DNA of 63,147 nt, the filler included, from Ministeria vibrans ATCC 50519 (Eukaryota > Protista > Filasterea): NCBI GenBank assembly GCA_943704425.1. It is 6 parts of 6 records of this genome, joined end to end, with 100 filler letters (N's around TTAATTAATTAA, not from the genome) between each part and the next. Parts side by side here need not be neighbours in the genome. Positions count along the whole stretch, not along the records: positions 59,978 to 63,147 come from CALSCP010000744.1; 5 more parts are not named here. One strand, given 5' to 3'. This document shows, piece after piece, positions 60,032 to 63,147 of this stretch. The translations under genes and the position numbers were made by a program. Within the stretch, counting starts at the first letter, position 1, and every line of letters starts with the position of its first letter. The notes below the pieces were generated by a model that saw nothing but the letters and a program-made list of their open reading frames with translations, searched no databases and had not been told where the DNA came from.

Positions 60032-62963
60032 GTTCGCGAACGTGAAGCGCAGCTTCAGGCTCTTGATGATGAAGTTGAGAATAACAACGACCGGATTGCG
60101 GTGATGCGGGATCATACGCGAAATGTGCAGCAGGCAGTTCAGCATGGGGAGGTAGCAGACGCAGAAGGGAACCCAGAGCGACAGTGTTGTTTCTCACTCA
60201 CTCACACACACTCTCTCCCTCTGCGTCGCATTGCAGCTGTTGGTCGAGGCGAAAAAGAAGGAAGCAAGCTCGGAGGAACATATGCAGCGAGTGGCAGAGC
60301 GCGAGGAAGGGCGACTTGCGAGCGAGTTCCGCCGAAACAGGCGAGAGCTGGAGGACGTTGAGCGACAGCTGGTGCGCGTTCAAAACGGGCTTTTCGAAGC
60401 GAACACCAAGCTTGACGAGCGTCGCGAGGCGATGAACTGGGATCAAGCGGCAATGGAGGCCATGTTGCTGAGTGCACACGAGCGCGAGGACGATGCGCGT
60501 GCGCTGGAGCGGTACCGACGGGTTGACGAAGTCAAAGTGAAGCAGCTTACGCTGGACATTGAGCGTCTCACTGTGTCAACGGGCAAGTTGCGTCGGCAGT
60601 ATGATGCCGAGGTGTTGCATACACAACAGTTGCACATTGAGGTGGAGACAACGAGTCAGGGGTTCCGCGAGCTCCACGACGAACGGCGCCAGTTGCTTGC
60701 GCAATGGGAGCGCGCCATTGAGCAGATGCAGGAGCGCGATCGCACCATTGACGAAGCCGCACAAGAGTTTGCTCATGTGCGCGAAGAGGTTGTCGATAGC
60801 GAAAAGAAGGTACCACAAAGGCGTTTCATATCATCAATTCCAATAATAATATTATTATTGCGTTAATATTCTGGCGGTGTGTTCGTGACGCGAGTGCTCG
60901 ATTCTCTATAATATATTAATTATTTTTCATATTTTTTATGTATTGTGCTGCTCTTTGTTTTGTATATACTCTTGTTTTGACATTGATCATGAGTACATCT
61001 CCTCCATTAATTATTTTCTTTGTATTCTTATTTATTTTCTCTTTCTTATTATTCTATTGTTGTTATACATGTTTAGGTTCGGGAAGAGCAAGAGGAGGTG
61101 GACCGAACGAGACAGGAGACTGATGATCTTGAGAGACGACTGCGGGTACTGGAGCGACTGGCTGTCAGCAAACGAAGCGACGTGGAGCAGGCGGAGCGGG
61201 AGTTGCAAGGGTTTGGCGACGAACTGCGTGCGCTGCAGGCGACGGTGGCACACACGGCGCGCGACCTGACTGGGCGTCGGGTGGAACTGCGAAAGATGCG
61301 CGAGGAGATTGATGCACGACGAGAGCGCATTGCGGAGACGGAGGAGCGCAGTGCGGAGACGACTGCGCGACTGCGAGAGGAGGAGAGCCAGGCGCTCAAC
61401 AAGGAGGCCAAGGCACGGCGCATGGCTGAGCACGCGCGTAAGGAACAGTCACGCCTCGAGAACCTTGAACGAGATTTCACACGATTGAAGAAGGTACGCC
61501 GAAGTATAGTACGAAGTATTATTGCCGATTTCATAGAGTAGAAAATTTATTATTATTTATTTTTGCTGTTCTTTGTTTTGTATATCGTCTTGATTGTACA
61601 GCTCTCGATTGTCTATTTAGTTTTCTTATTATTATTATTGTGACTGTATTAACTCATTTGTGTGACTAGGCACTGTTTGAGCAACGCGAGGCTCTGGAGC
61701 GACAGCGAAGGAGAGAGGAGGATCACGAACATGCTATTCGAGGGGAAAAGGGAGCGCTGCGGAATCTACAGAGTCGCGTGCGGGCACTGGATGCGGACGC
61801 AGTCGCGCAAGACCGGGTGGTGTACGGGCAGGACTATGTGCTGCAGCAGCAAGAGCGACGCATGCAGCGCATTGCCGGAGACCGCTCCGAGGACGAGCAG
61901 AAGGTCTTGCTTGAGCGCATCCGCACTCTGGAAGACAGACTCGCGCAAGCCAGTACGTTTTCAAAACAAACAACTACAAGAAAAAAAGTATTCTTAATAT
62001 TTTTCCCTTGGGTGGACAGAATCTACCAAGACACTGTTGACACAGCAACGGCGACAGATTGAGGATGACATGCGCGTTGCACAGCGCCGGGCAGACAAAA
62101 CGGCGCAGGAGGAGACGGAAGCGTGCGAGCGTGCGGAGGAGATGCAACGTCAGTTGGGGCGCGTGGAGCGCGCCGTCAAGCGGGCGGTAGAAGCCAAGCA
62201 GATGGCGATGGTGGACGACAATGTGACCCGACTGGAAGCAGTGCGATTGAAAAAGTTGCTGAATGAGCGAGCGGACGAGGTGCACTCGCTTGGACAACGG
62301 AAGGTGGAGCTGGAGACGGCGCTGGAGGAACGCGAACGAGAGATTCAAGCACGCAAGACGGTGCTGCAGGCGCAACGCAAAGCGGTGGAGGAGCAGCGCC
62401 ACCAAGCAACGCTGGAGCTGAACGAGCGATTGGTGCGTGTCGACCGACTGCGCAGTAAGTATGAGGTGGTGGCGGGAGGACGCGTGGCGGGCGGCGACGA
62501 GACAGTTGATGGGGCGGAGCACACTCAGGCGTACTACATGATCAAGGCGGCGCAGCAGAAGGAAGAGCTTCAAACCAAGGGGAATGCGCTTGATGCTGAG
62601 ATTTGCAAGACGGAGAAGGAGATGCGCGCACTGGAGAACACGCTGCGGATGATGAACGAACGCAACAGCGAGTACCGCGAGTCACTCGCGCGCGACCCGG
62701 CCTCAGACGAACTGGTAGAGCTGGAGCAGGAGTACACGGCGACAGTTGAACGACAGCGTGAGAAGCGACGGCACCTCAAGGCACTGCATGCGGAGGTGGC
62801 GGAGCAGCAAAGACGACTAGACGGGGCACGACGAGAGGAGCGACAGAGTGAAGAGAAAATTGCGCAGTTGACGAAGGAACAAGCGGACTTGGCCCGTGAA
62901 GCAGCCGATCTTGAGTACAAGAGTCAGCGCACGACGAGTCAATTGAGACGAGCCAAGCGAGAC
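60032..62963 (+). CDS. CCDC39: CCDC39/FAP59 axonemal 96-nm ruler protein, incomplete at both ends
   Basis: SEEHMQRVAEREEGRL, AMNWDQAAMEA, DEVKVKQLTLDIERLT, FRELHDERRQLLAQWE, TQAYYMIKAAQQKEELQTKGNALDAEICKTEKEMRALENTL. Confidence 0.93.
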
Positions 62964-63053
62964 GTACGTCTAATACGAGAAAATAATCATAATAATATTA
63001 TTATAATAATATTATTATAATAATATTATAATAATAGTAACAACAACAACAGC

Positions 63054-63147
<94 letters not shown>

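Overview
Intron-rich, gene-dense DNA from a flagellated microbial eukaryote. An obazoan/holozoan-like lineage is inferred from the gene set (MANF, NEK9, golgin-84, OCA2, CCDC39, TOP6A). The window is not continuous: five 100-nt spacers (44 N + TTAATTAATTAA + 44 N) join six segments: 1-20294, 20395-24988, 25089-30412, 30513-54035, 54136-59877 and 59978-63147. Segment 1 is one giant (>6000 aa, incomplete) extracellular mosaic protein. It carries EGF, TSP1 and CxxC-xx-G-x-Y/F Cys-rich arrays interleaved with a beta-rich scaffold, an amphipathic helical block, FN2, C2, LamG-like modules and an unfamiliar 6-Cys repeat. Conserved genes: SPO11-3/TOP6A, golgin-84, a Sec31/SRA1-type C-terminus, PMCA Ca-ATPase, MANF/ARMET, QCR9, FRG1, NEK9-like kinase, two near-identical ADF/cofilins, OCA2/P-protein and CCDC39. 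Accessory content: an F-box-ankyrin gene, two paralogues of an unfamiliar triple-module double zinc-finger family (one with an in-frame TGA) and orphan secreted/membrane proteins. Segment 5 has ~1 kb diverged inverted repeats around a small secreted-protein gene and a probable hAT transposase relic. All homology calls are from recalled motifs; no searches were run.
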